Notes: a model not told the origin generated them from the letters alone. A stretch of 64,000 nt of DNA from Tolumonas sp. (GCA_041915645.1 JAYSBB010000001.1:16007-80006); one strand, 5' to 3'; counted from the first letter of the stretch, positions 23,772-34,023 are shown. Made by a program: numbers and translations.

Positions 23772-26162
23772 ATGAGCATTGAAAACGAATCAACAACAGC
23801 AGAAGTACATCCGAAAACAGGACTGATCGTCCCCGGTCAGGAACGGCCAGCACAGCTATACATTCTTCCCATTCAAGGCCGCCCTTTCCTTCCGGCACAA
23901 GTTTTACCGGTACAGATCCAGGCAAACCCTTGGGGCAAAACCATTGAGCGTGTTGCTCATACGGCACATAAAATGGTTGCCCTCTTCCGTATTGGCGATG
24001 ATGTAAGTGACGCCATTCCACTAAAAGATATTGTTCCTAAAACCGGCTGTGCCGTACGAATTTTGCAGGCCAGCAGTGGTGAAGGCGAGATCCAATTCGT
24101 GGCAGAAGGGGTGCAACGGGTTGAAATCATCAATTGGCTCACTGATAAACCACCCTATCTGGTCGAAGTCCGTTATATGGAGAATGATCAGGCCGAATCA
24201 GAAACTGAAATCAAAGCCTATGCCATGGCACTGATCGGTGCATTGAAAGAGTTACTACCGATCAATCCGTTATACAGCGAAGAGCTGAAACACTATATGA
24301 ACCGTTTCAGCCCAAATGACCCATCCCCGCTAGCTGATTTAGCAGCAGCAATCACCACTGCCAGTGCCGAGGAATTACAAGAGGTGCTGGACACCTCGCT
24401 GTTGATCCCACGGATGAAAAAGTCGCTGGCGATCCTGAAAAAAGAGATTGAAGTCGCCAAGCTGCAGACGCAGATCCGCGAGGAAGTCAACAAAACCATC
24501 AGCGAACGGCAACGTGAGTTCTTTTTGCATGAACAGCTCAAAGTAATCCAAAAAGAATTAGGCTTGGAAAAAGACGATAAAACGGCGGAAGTGGAAGGCT
24601 TCAATGCCCGGATGAAAGATAAAAAAATACCGCCCGCCGTACAGAGTCGTTTTGATGAAGAGCTGAAAAAACTGCAAATTCTGGAAACCGGTTCACCCGA
24701 ATATGCGGTGACACGTAACTATCTCGACTGGATCAGCCAAGTGCCGTGGGGTGTTGAAAAAGAACAGCGCATTGATTTGAAAAAGGCCCGTAAAATCTTG
24801 GATCAAGACCATGATGGTCTAACTGATGTCAAAGATCGCATTATCGAATTCCTGGCGGTAGGTGCGTATAAAAATGCCATCAGTGGCGCCATTATGCTGC
24901 TGGTTGGCCCACCTGGCGTTGGTAAAACGTCAATTGGTCATTCCATTGCCAGCAGCTTAGATCGCCCATTCTTCCGCTTTAGTGTCGGTGGTATGCGCGA
25001 TGAGGCTGAGATCAAAGGGCATCGCCGCACTTATATTGGTGCGATGCCGGGAAAAATTGTGCAAGCATTAAAAGAATGTCAGGTGATGAACCCGGTCATT
25101 ATGCTCGATGAAATCGATAAGATCGGCATCAGTCATCAGGGTGACCCAGCCTCTGCCTTGCTGGAAACGCTCGACCCTGAGCAGAATATTAACTTCCTCG
25201 ATCACTATCTTGATTTGCGTCTTGATCTGTCGAAATGTTTATTTATCTGCACAGCCAATACGCTGGATTCGATCCCAACGCCGTTATTAGACCGTATGGA
25301 TACCATCCGCCTATCCGGTTATTTGGCAGAAGAGAAACTGGCGATTGCCCGTCACCATCTCTGGCCACGTCAGTTGGAACACGCAGGTGTACCGAACGGC
25401 AAATTAAAGATCACCGATGCGGCCATAAAAGGCATCATCAATGGGTATGCCCGTGAGGCCGGCGTGCGTAATCTGGAAAAACAGCTGGCGAAAATTGTGC
25501 GCAAATCCGTTGTTGAGCTGCTGAATGAAGACGCCAAAGAGATCAACGTCAAAGCCAGCGGACTAGAACATTATTTGGGCAGCCCTCTGTTCCGTAAAGA
25601 GAAAAACCTGAGCGGCGTGGGCATTATCACCGGCCTGGCATGGACATCTCTCGGTGGCGCCACCTTGCCGATAGAAGCCAGTGTCGTGCACCAGCAAGGC
25701 CGCAGTTTCAAACTGACAGGCCAGTTAGGTGATGTGATGAAAGAGTCTGCAGAGCTGGCCTATAGCTTTATCAGCAGCCATTTACGTGAGCTGGGGGCTG
25801 ATCCGCAGTTTTATGACCGAGCCGCCATTCATCTGCATGTACCGGAAGGGGCAACACCCAAAGATGGGCCTAGTGCGGGTATTACCATGGCCAGTGCCCT
25901 GCTCTCTTTAGCGTTAAACCGCCCCCCAGTAAAAGGTTTTGCTATCACTGGCGAATTAACGTTAACAGGGCATGTGCTGGCCATTGGCGGGGTACGCGAA
26001 AAAGTCATTGCCGCCAAACGGCTTGGTATCCACCAAATCATTGTGCCGGAAGCGAATCAAGGGGATGTGGAGGAACTGCCGGAATATGTGAAAGAAAGCG
26101 TCACATTCCACTTTGCCAGTCAGTACCGTGACGTCGCAAAACTGCTTTTCCCTGTACAATAA
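23772..26162 (+). CDS. lon: Second Lon protease (AsrA/PA0779-like paralog)
   Basis: Walker A GPPGVGKT, GHRRTYIGAMPG, PKDGPSAG catalytic Ser and downstream EK Lys; N-domain YILPIQGRPFLPAQVLP differs from the canonical Lon at 1..347. Confidence 0.92.
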   Translation: MSIENESTTAEVHPKTGLIVPGQERPAQLYILPIQGRPFLPAQVLPVQIQANPWGKTIERVAHTAHKMVALFRIGDDVSDAIPLKDIVPKTGCAVRILQASSGEGEIQFVAEGVQRVEIINWLTDKPPYLVEVRYMENDQAESETEIKAYAMALIGALKELLPINPLYSEELKHYMNRFSPNDPSPLADLAAAITTASAEELQEVLDTSLLIPRMKKSLAILKKEIEVAKLQTQIREEVNKTISERQREFFLHEQLKVIQKELGLEKDDKTAEVEGFNARMKDKKIPPAVQSRFDEELKKLQILETGSPEYAVTRNYLDWISQVPWGVEKEQRIDLKKARKILDQDHDGLTDVKDRIIEFLAVGAYKNAISGAIMLLVGPPGVGKTSIGHSIASSLDRPFFRFSVGGMRDEAEIKGHRRTYIGAMPGKIVQALKECQVMNPVIMLDEIDKIGISHQGDPASALLETLDPEQNINFLDHYLDLRLDLSKCLFICTANTLDSIPTPLLDRMDTIRLSGYLAEEKLAIARHHLWPRQLEHAGVPNGKLKITDAAIKGIINGYAREAGVRNLEKQLAKIVRKSVVELLNEDAKEINVKASGLEHYLGSPLFRKEKNLSGVGIITGLAWTSLGGATLPIEASVVHQQGRSFKLTGQLGDVMKESAELAYSFISSHLRELGADPQFYDRAAIHLHVPEGATPKDGPSAGITMASALLSLALNRPPVKGFAITGELTLTGHVLAIGGVREKVIAAKRLGIHQIIVPEANQGDVEELPEYVKESVTFHFASQYRDVAKLLFPVQ

Positions 26163-26168
26163 TTAATC

Positions 26169-26197
26169 AAAGCAGCGATCGTTATCGCTGCTTTTTT
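26169..26197 (+). terminator. Intrinsic terminator after the second lon
   Basis: AAAGCAGCGAT-CGTT-ATCGCTGCTTTTTT. Confidence 0.85.
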
Positions 26198-26329
26198 GCC
26201 TTAAACAATGTGTCTCGATTCAGCAACGATCTTGTTCACAAAATGAACAAGTATTTCCCATATAGCTCTGTTTTCTCTCTAGAGTTATTCATTAGTACCC
26301 TATTGGGGCGTTTTTTCTGTTTGTTTAAT

Positions 26330-26357
26330 GAACTTTTTTATCTCAAGTATTGTCAAA
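26330..26357 (+). promoter_or_regulatory. sigmaE-type promoter of the small ORF
   Basis: GAACTT-N16-GTCAAA, near-consensus for RpoE. Confidence 0.65.
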
Positions 26358-26391
26358 GTTAACGATACTTACTGCAAGAGGAAGAGCGGCC

Positions 26392-26583
26392 ATGCAAAGA
26401 GTTGACTATACCCGGATCAAATCCCACGTATTCGACACCCTCGAGGGCTACAACTCACCTTACCAAGAAGCCAAAAAGATGTGCGTACAAAGTGGCTATC
26501 CGTTTGGTGTAAGGGAAGAGCAGATGGTATCTAACGCCATCAGTGAATTTCACGGCTGGCGCGAGAATTTACCTGAAATCTAG
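26392..26583 (+). CDS. Small hypothetical protein (63 aa)
   Basis: GAGGA SD, ATG at 26392, MQRVDYTRIKSHVFDTLEG...WRENLPEI; own promoter and terminator. Confidence 0.7.
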   Translation: MQRVDYTRIKSHVFDTLEGYNSPYQEAKKMCVQSGYPFGVREEQMVSNAISEFHGWRENLPEI

Positions 26584-26605
26584 AGCCGGATTACAATATT
26601 TCGTC

Positions 26606-26640
26606 AGCCCGCCTTGTTCGCACGGCGGGCTTTTTATTTT
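26606..26640 (+). terminator. Intrinsic terminator after the small ORF
   Basis: AGCCCGCC-N10-GGCGGGCT followed by TTTTATTTT. Confidence 0.85.
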
Positions 26641-26663
26641 AATAGCACATCGCAGGAATACCC

Positions 26664-28739
26664 ATGGTTTCTGCCCCTAAAAAACTCTCCGCCGGACACT
26701 GCCGTCAGCTCGGTGCGACCCCTGAAGGTCATGGCACCAATTTCGCTATCTGGGGGCGGCTTGTCAAATCCATGGAGCTACTGTTATTCCATTCCGAAAA
26801 AGATGAACAACCAGACATCATCACTCTGTCGGAAGAGCAATATCGCTCGGGTTATTATTGGCATGTGCATGTCGCAGGCGTCACAGCCGGCCAGCTATAT
26901 GCGTGGCGAGTCAAAGAGACTTTTTCAAACGCACCCGGCACGCACTTTGACCCGGAAAAAGTGTTGTTAGACCCTTACGGACAACGGATTGTGTTATCGG
27001 GGAATTATGACCGCCAGCTCTCTGCAAACCCCGGTAGTAATCTGCACTGTTGCGCCAAAAACGTGGTGGTCGACCTACGGCATTATGATTGGGAAGATGA
27101 TCATTATCCCCGCCATCCCCTTTCTCGCTCGGTGATTTATGAAATGCATGTTGGCGGGTTCACCAAAGATCCATCATCCGGCTTGCCTGATTATTTGCGA
27201 GGCACCTATGCCGGCGTAATCAGCAAAATCCCCTATTTGCAAGAATTAGGCATTACCGCTGTCGAGTTACTACCGATTTTTCAGTTTGACCCGCAAGATG
27301 CCCGGCCGGGAAAAAGTAACTATTGGGGTTACAGCCCGATGGGATTTTTTGCTCCGCATGCAGAATATGCCAGCGTTGGCTCGCATCTGGGTGTGTTAAC
27401 TGAATTTCGTGACATGGTGAAAGCACTGCACAAAGCCAATATCGAAGTCATTTTGGATGTTGTCTACAACCATACCGCAGAAGGTGGCGATGATGGCCCG
27501 GTGATCTGTTTTCGCGGGCTGGATAACGATGCGTTTTATACGCTGGATGAAAATTATCGCAGCACCAATTATTCCGGCTGTGGTAACACCTTAGATGCTT
27601 CGCACCCGATGACCAAAAAAATGATCACCGATAGCCTGCGTTTCTGGCGCGAAGAGATGCATGTTGATGGTTTCCGCTTTGATTTAGCGGCTATCTTATC
27701 CCGCGATGGTTATGGGCAACCGATGAGTGATCCACCGACGATACGCACGATTGATAACGCCTACTCACTCGCTGATACCAAACTCTTTGCTGAAGCCTGG
27801 GATGCCGGCGGACTATATCTGGTTGGGAAAATGGTTGGCGATCGCTGGCGGGAATGGAATGGTCGCTTTCGCGATGACGTGCGTCGGTTTATTAAAGGCG
27901 ATGATGGCATGGTATCCGCCTTCGCCACACGGTTAATTGGTAGCCCTGATATTTATCACCCGCAATATACCGACCCCTATAAAAGCCTGAATTTTATTAC
28001 CTGTCATGATGGTTTTACCTTGTGGGATCTGGTCAGTTACAACCAAAAACACAATGAAGAAAATGGGGAAAATAATCGTGACGGTAATAATGATAATTAC
28101 AGCTGGAATCATGGTGTTGAAGGCCCGACCGATGATCCGCAAATTAATGCATTACGTTTACGTCAGGTAAAAAACTTTTTTATCATCAATCTGTTATCGG
28201 GAGGCACCCCGATGATACAAATGGGTGATGAAACACTGAGAACTCAGTCTGGTAATAACAATGTCTATTGTCAGGATAACCCAACCAGTTGGTTAAACTG
28301 GCAACCGGGGTTGCACGGTCGTGAAATGCTACGTTTTGTGACGGAATTAATGCGCTATCGTTCGGTCTTAAAAGAAGAACCACGCGCATTTTTCTCACTG
28401 GCAAAAGCACTGGAATACGCCAAGATAGATTGGCATGGCGTGCAACCATTTCAACCTGACTGGAGCGACGCTTCGCATGCACTGGGCTTAACTGCTTATG
28501 ACCCGGGCAACAGAGCCGATGTTTACGCTTTTTTTAATGCCTGGTGGAAACCACTGACAGTAACTTTGCCTGCGCCACCGCATTATCCACAAGGGCACTG
28601 GGAACGAGTGTGCGATACCGGGTTATTGCCACCCGCAGATATTACGCCATTAGGTTGTGAATACACTGAAGTGCTGACGGCTGAATATCAGACCAAGCCA
28701 CGCTCGGTGGTGGTATTGGTTTGTGTGCGAAACAGCTAA
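26664..28739 (+). CDS. glgX: Glycogen debranching enzyme (isoamylase type, GH13)
   Basis: NYWGY, DVVYNHT, GFRFDLA, AEAWD, TCHDGFTL catalytic motifs. Confidence 0.93.
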   Translation: MVSAPKKLSAGHCRQLGATPEGHGTNFAIWGRLVKSMELLLFHSEKDEQPDIITLSEEQYRSGYYWHVHVAGVTAGQLYAWRVKETFSNAPGTHFDPEKVLLDPYGQRIVLSGNYDRQLSANPGSNLHCCAKNVVVDLRHYDWEDDHYPRHPLSRSVIYEMHVGGFTKDPSSGLPDYLRGTYAGVISKIPYLQELGITAVELLPIFQFDPQDARPGKSNYWGYSPMGFFAPHAEYASVGSHLGVLTEFRDMVKALHKANIEVILDVVYNHTAEGGDDGPVICFRGLDNDAFYTLDENYRSTNYSGCGNTLDASHPMTKKMITDSLRFWREEMHVDGFRFDLAAILSRDGYGQPMSDPPTIRTIDNAYSLADTKLFAEAWDAGGLYLVGKMVGDRWREWNGRFRDDVRRFIKGDDGMVSAFATRLIGSPDIYHPQYTDPYKSLNFITCHDGFTLWDLVSYNQKHNEENGENNRDGNNDNYSWNHGVEGPTDDPQINALRLRQVKNFFIINLLSGGTPMIQMGDETLRTQSGNNNVYCQDNPTSWLNWQPGLHGREMLRFVTELMRYRSVLKEEPRAFFSLAKALEYAKIDWHGVQPFQPDWSDASHALGLTAYDPGNRADVYAFFNAWWKPLTVTLPAPPHYPQGHWERVCDTGLLPPADITPLGCEYTEVLTAEYQTKPRSVVVLVCVRNS

Positions 28740-28772
28740 TTTGTGCCATAAAAAAGCGGCCTCCAAAAGAGG

Positions 28773-30182
28773 TAATGCCGATCAGTTAAGCATTGACTGA
28801 TTGGTTAGAAGGATCAAAATCCAGTGATCTCAGGTCACTGGATTTTTTTATGCAGCTCTCCCACGCTCTCGATATTATCAATCTTCATGCACCTTCGCGG
28901 ATTGACTCACTGCATGACCTTTTACCCGCAGACCTAATTGCTCAGGCTTTGGCTCAGACTGACACCGTCACCTTCAGAAAGCGCAAATTACCGCTCGAAA
29001 GCATGGTGTGGTTGTTGATTGGTATGGCTATCTACAACGATAAATCGATGGCCACTATCGTCAATACGATGGACATCGTGAACAGTGATAGCAAGCCCTT
29101 TGTTGCCTCCAGTGCCGTCATCCAGCGCCGCCAATCACTTGGCGAGGACGCTGTCCGCCTGCTGTTTGAAAAGACGCAATCCTACTGGCACCAACAAGCT
29201 AACCATCCTGTATTTTGTGGTTTGACCTTGCTCGGCGTCGATGGTGTGGTTTGGCGATTACCTGATACACCAGAAAACAACCAGACCTATTCACGACAAA
29301 TCACTACAGGCAAACCGAGTGAATACCCACAAGTCAGAATGGTTTGTCAGATGGAACTGAGTAGTCATCTTATTACCGCCAGTGCGTTTGATGATTACAA
29401 CGTCAATGAAATGAAATTGGCCGAGCAACTGATTGACAATACACCTGACCATAGCCTGACTTTATTCGATAAGGGTTTCTATTCATTAGGATTATTGCAT
29501 CGCTGGCAGACCACAGGAACGGAAAGACACTGGCTAATTCCGTTGAAGAAAGGCACACAATATGAAGTGGTGCGCAGGGTTGGAAAGAAACAAGCCATCG
29601 TTCGGTTGAGTTCAAATCCACGAGCCCGGAAATTATGGCCGGATTTACCGGAACAACTTGAGGTGCGATTAATTACCCGGAATGTAAAAGGGAAGGAAAC
29701 CCAAGTGCTGACATCAATGACTGATGTCTTGAAATATCCGGTGGATGATGTGGCAGAGCTGTATACCCATCGTTGGGAAATCGAATTGGGTTTCCGGGAA
29801 CAGAAACAATACATGTTAGGAAACCGCCTGACGCTGCGAAGTAAATTACCGCAGATGGTCAGACAGGAACTATGGGGCATCTTACTCACGTACAACCTGG
29901 TGCGTTATCAGATGCTCAAAATGAGTCAGCACTTACAGGGCGAGTATTATCCGTGCGAACTTAGTTTTACCGGGATGCTGGCACAGATATTCAGACTGTT
30001 GATTGGGTTGCCGTATACCAATTCACCGGGCGCAGTACCGCGTCAGTTGAATACGATATATGAGATGGCAGAAGTGTTGATTTTACCAGACCGACGGGAA
30101 AGAAATTGCCCGAGAGTGGTGAAACGAAGACCGAAACGTTACCCTGAAAAATGCCAGTCAGTTTCTTAACTGACTGGCATTA
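28773..30182 (+). mobile_element. IS4-family insertion sequence (1410 bp)
   Basis: 18-bp terminal IRs TAATGCCGATCAGTTAAG / CTTAACTGACTGGCATTA (16/18 match, IS4-type ends); internal hairpin just before the ATG; single transposase. Confidence 0.95.
28850..30169 (+). CDS. IS4-family DDE transposase
   Basis: [24 protein letters not shown] (Y-2-R-3-E-6-K signature); frame intact. Confidence 0.95.
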   Translation: MQLSHALDIINLHAPSRIDSLHDLLPADLIAQALAQTDTVTFRKRKLPLESMVWLLIGMAIYNDKSMATIVNTMDIVNSDSKPFVASSAVIQRRQSLGEDAVRLLFEKTQSYWHQQANHPVFCGLTLLGVDGVVWRLPDTPENNQTYSRQITTGKPSEYPQVRMVCQMELSSHLITASAFDDYNVNEMKLAEQLIDNTPDHSLTLFDKGFYSLGLLHRWQTTGTERHWLIPLKKGTQYEVVRRVGKKQAIVRLSSNPRARKLWPDLPEQLEVRLITRNVKGKETQVLTSMTDVLKYPVDDVAELYTHRWEIELGFREQKQYMLGNRLTLRSKLPQMVRQELWGILLTYNLVRYQMLKMSQHLQGEYYPCELSFTGMLAQIFRLLIGLPYTNSPGAVPRQLNTIYEMAEVLILPDRRERNCPRVVKRRPKRYPEKCQSVS

Positions 30183-30224
30183 CCTCATACAGAGGGGTTT
30201 AGTCTTAATCTGATGACCAATCGA

Positions 30225-31676
30225 TTAATTTGCTTTGATCCACTGATCCATATCAGTTTTTAAATTATCTGATTTAGTACCAAAAATTGCCTGAACACCT
30301 GTGCCTGCAATGACTACGCCTGCAGCACCTAATGATTTCAGTTTGGTCTGGTTAACGTTTTCAGTGCTTTTTACACTGACGCGAAGACGAGTAATACAAG
30401 CGTCGAGGTTGGTAATGTTGTCTTTACCACCGAAAGCATGTACCAATTCGCCTGCTAATTCTGAACCAACTAATGCCGCACTTTCTGAGGATTCTTCCTC
30501 ACGGCCTGGGGTTTTCAGATCTAAAAATTTAATGACTGCACGGAATACGGTGTAATAAACAGCGGCATAGCATATCCCAATCACTGGGAACATGATCAAG
30601 TTGCTGCCTTTGTTTCCTAACACGCTCAGAACTAAAAAGTCGATTAGACCGTGTGAGAAACTAGTACCCGCACTCATATTCAGAGTGATACATGCTACGA
30701 AAGCTAAACCCGCTAACACGGCATGAATAGCGTAAAGAATTGGTGCTACGAACATGAATGAGAATTCAATAGGTTCCGTAATACCTGTTAAGAATGAAGT
30801 CAAAGCTGCGGAGAGCATGATGCCGCCAACTTTAGCTCGGTTCTCTGGCTTAGCACTGTGCCAAATTGCAATTGCCGCGGCTGGCAAGCCGTACATTTTG
30901 AACAGGAAACCACCTGCTAATTTACCCGCTGTCGGATCACCTGCGATAAAACGCGGAATATCGCCATGGAACACCTGGCCAGCAGCATTAGTGAATGAAC
31001 CAACTTGCATTTGGAATGGTACGTTCCAGATGTGATGCAGACCAAATGGTACTAATGCACGTTCAACAATACCGTAGATCCCGAAAGCTAGGGTTGGGTT
31101 TTGATAGGCTGCCCATTGAGAGAACACATCAATTGCATGTCCTACTGGAGGCCAAATAAAAGACAATACAACAGCAGCAATAATGACTGAAAAGCCAGTA
31201 ATAATCGGAACGAAACGTTTACCGGCAAAGAAGCCCAAGTATTCTGGTAACTGAATACGATAGAAGCGATTAAACATGAATGCAGCGATGGCACCGGCGA
31301 TGATACCACCTAAAACACCCGTGTTTGACATGTGTTCTACGGCAACTGCGTAGTCAGGTGCAGCAGGATCAAGACCGGCGATGAAGGGAGCTGCGACCGT
31401 CATGGTTTTGGTCAAAATTGCATAGCCAACAGTAGCTGCTAATGCTGCAACACCGTCGTTATTGGTGAAACCCAGCGCAACACCAATGGCAAAAATTAAT
31501 GCCATATTACCAAAAACCGCACCACCAGCTTGCGCCATAATTTGTGATACAACTGCTGGCAGCCAACTGAAGTTAGCAGAACCGACGCCAAGCAGGATAC
31601 CCGCTACAGGCAATACGGAAACTGGTAACATCAGCGATTTACCAATTTTTTGCAAATTTGCAAACGCGTTACTCAT
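30225..31676 (-). CDS. ptsG: PTS glucose-class EIICB, paralog 2
   Basis: [47 protein letters not shown]. Confidence 0.9.
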   Translation of the reverse strand: MSNAFANLQKIGKSLMLPVSVLPVAGILLGVGSANFSWLPAVVSQIMAQAGGAVFGNMALIFAIGVALGFTNNDGVAALAATVGYAILTKTMTVAAPFIAGLDPAAPDYAVAVEHMSNTGVLGGIIAGAIAAFMFNRFYRIQLPEYLGFFAGKRFVPIITGFSVIIAAVVLSFIWPPVGHAIDVFSQWAAYQNPTLAFGIYGIVERALVPFGLHHIWNVPFQMQVGSFTNAAGQVFHGDIPRFIAGDPTAGKLAGGFLFKMYGLPAAAIAIWHSAKPENRAKVGGIMLSAALTSFLTGITEPIEFSFMFVAPILYAIHAVLAGLAFVACITLNMSAGTSFSHGLIDFLVLSVLGNKGSNLIMFPVIGICYAAVYYTVFRAVIKFLDLKTPGREEESSESAALVGSELAGELVHAFGGKDNITNLDACITRLRVSVKSTENVNQTKLKSLGAAGVVIAGTGVQAIFGTKSDNLKTDMDQWIKAN

Positions 31677-32083
31677 AAAAACTCCTGATGAGTGTATTGG
31701 ATTAAAAAATCAGAATGCTGTTTTCTGCGGATTATTTTCAGCATGTATGGCTATTAAATGCAGAAATGGTTTCTACTAACACAATATTTATGCTGTAGAT
31801 GAAGCAAAAAACGTAAATGAAAGTTTCAATACTGGAGCCGCAAAAGGCAAGAGACAGGATGTAAGGTATTATTAGTAAGCTATTTTATGGTTTCTTGCGG
31901 TTTCTTTTTATCTTTTCTTGTTACGTTTTACTTCGGAATGAAAATCAATGTAACCGGTTACTTTTTGTTTTTTCTTCATGTGAAATTTAATAGAAAAATA
32001 TATGTTTGGTGGGATTTGATTTGAGGATTAATAACAAAAAACTAACTTTAGTCTTATTTGATATTGAAATGATCTTTGGTAAT

Positions 32084-32108
32084 AAAAAACCCCTCCAGAG
32101 GAGGGGTT
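32084..32108 (-). terminator. Intrinsic terminator after the upstream ptsG
   Basis: AACCCCTC-CAGAG-GAGGGGTT with a T6 tail on the minus strand. Confidence 0.8.
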
Positions 32109-32134
32109 AAAGGTAGAACTAATTTTCTTATTAA

Positions 32135-33577
32135 TTAGTTTGCTTTGATCCAATGGTCCATATCAGTTTTCAGATTGTCTGATTTGGTACCAAAGATAGC
32201 CTGAACACCAGAACCTGCAACAACAACACCTGCTGCACCCAGTGATTTCAGTTTAGATTGGTCAACTTTAGCAATTTCTTTAACACTTACACGCAGACGG
32301 GTAATACATGCATCCAGGTTGGTAATGTTGTCTTTACCACCGAAAGCGTGTACCAATTCGCCAGCCAGGTCAGAACCAGTCAGAGTAGATTCTTCAGCAG
32401 ATTCATCTTCACGACCAGGAGTTTTCAGGTCCAGAGCTACGATTGCTACACGGAATACGGTGTAGTAAACAGCTGCGTAAATCAGACCGATAACCGGGAA
32501 CATGATACCTTTAGTGGATTGAGAGAACAGTACTAAGAAGTCAATCAAACCATGAGAGAAGGTAGTACCGTGTTTCATACCCAGCAGAATCATTACTACG
32601 AACGCAGAGCCAGCCAGTAACGCATGGATTGCGTACAGTACTGGAGCAACGAACAAGAAAGCGAATTCGATTGGTTCAGTGATACCGGTCAGGAAAGAGG
32701 TCAGTGCTGCTGACACCATGATACCACCGATTTTAGCGCGGTTTTCTGGTTTAGCAGTGTGCCACATTGCGATAGCAGCTGCTGGCAGACCGTACATTTT
32801 GAACATGTAACCACCAGCCAGGTTACCCGCAGTTGGGTCACCAGCGATGTAACGAGCGATTTCACCGTGGAATACTTGGCCAGTCGCATTGGTGTATTCG
32901 CCTACTTCGAAGAAGAATGGCGCATTCCAAATGTGATGCAGACCGAATGGGATCAGTGAACGTTCAACTACGCCGTAGATACCAAATGCCAGAGCTGGGT
33001 TTTGGTAAGCTGCCCAATGAGAGAATGCTTTGATAGCACCACCGATTGGAGGCCATACGAACGCCAGCACTACACCAGCAGCGATTGCTACGATACCAGT
33101 TGATAGTGGAACGAAACGTTTACCAGCAAAGAAGCCCAAATATTCAGGCAATTGGATGCGGTAGAAACGGTTAAACATGTACGCAGCGATACCGCCGGCG
33201 ATAACGCCACCCAGTACACCTACGTTTGATACGTTTTCTGCCTGCGCTGCGAAATCAGCTGCAGTAGGGTCCAAACCAGCCAGCAGTGGAGCAACAACTG
33301 TTACTGTTTTGGTCAGGATAAAATAACCGACAGCAGCAGCTAAACCTGCAACACCATCATTCTTAGTGAAACCAAGTGCAACACCGATTGCGAACAGCAG
33401 CGCCATGTTGCCGAAAACGGCACCACCAGCTTGTTCCATAACGGAAGACAGAGTGGCAGGCAGAACACTGAATTTAGCTGCACCGACGCCCAGCAGAATA
33501 CCTGCTACAGGCAGTACGGATACAGGCAGCATCAGCGCCTTACCGACTTGTTGAAGATTTCCGAACAAATTTTTCAT
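32135..33577 (-). CDS. ptsG: PTS glucose-class EIICB, paralog 1
   Basis: Same motifs as paralog 2; codon usage looks like a highly expressed gene. Confidence 0.9.
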   Translation of the reverse strand: MKNLFGNLQQVGKALMLPVSVLPVAGILLGVGAAKFSVLPATLSSVMEQAGGAVFGNMALLFAIGVALGFTKNDGVAGLAAAVGYFILTKTVTVVAPLLAGLDPTAADFAAQAENVSNVGVLGGVIAGGIAAYMFNRFYRIQLPEYLGFFAGKRFVPLSTGIVAIAAGVVLAFVWPPIGGAIKAFSHWAAYQNPALAFGIYGVVERSLIPFGLHHIWNAPFFFEVGEYTNATGQVFHGEIARYIAGDPTAGNLAGGYMFKMYGLPAAAIAMWHTAKPENRAKIGGIMVSAALTSFLTGITEPIEFAFLFVAPVLYAIHALLAGSAFVVMILLGMKHGTTFSHGLIDFLVLFSQSTKGIMFPVIGLIYAAVYYTVFRVAIVALDLKTPGREDESAEESTLTGSDLAGELVHAFGGKDNITNLDACITRLRVSVKEIAKVDQSKLKSLGAAGVVVAGSGVQAIFGTKSDNLKTDMDHWIKAN

Positions 33578-34023
33578 ATTAGTGAGCTCCTGAGGAGTGT
33601 GCGTCCTGTTAATTTATTGAATACACGGGTTTCAAATTAAATGAAAACCGCTTTTTATATTCTGTGTATTTCAACGAGGTTAATGATAGTGGAATTATTT
33701 AAATGAAGAAGGCAATAAATATAGAAACAGAATATGGATCACAAAGAAGATTGTTTCTTATTTGTTGTGTAAGAAACGTTCCAAAAGATTATGTAACTTA
33801 CTATAAGTAATATGTTTTTTCGTGTTTGTTTGTTTCTGATTATATTTTATTGTTGTTAAATATTTCTAATTGAAACCAAATGTAACATTGTAATAAAAAA
33901 TATTTGAGTGGGATTGAAATGTTTGGGAGCAACTTTGGCTATAAACGAACATTGTGGCGTTTTTATTAAAATTAAAGCCTGACAAATAAAATTTTTTATC
34001 AGGCGTTAATATCCAATTATTGA

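Noticed and set aside
30150-30181. Perfect palindrome AATGCCAGTCAGTT-TCTT-AACTGACTGGCATT and hairpins at the IS left end
   Set aside because: Normal internal structure of IS4-type ends, not a separate element or CRISPR repeat.
31677-34023. AT-rich ptsG intergenic regions as a possible oriC, given the polarity switch
   Set aside because: No DnaA-box array, GATC cluster or origin-linked genes; explained as promoter regions.
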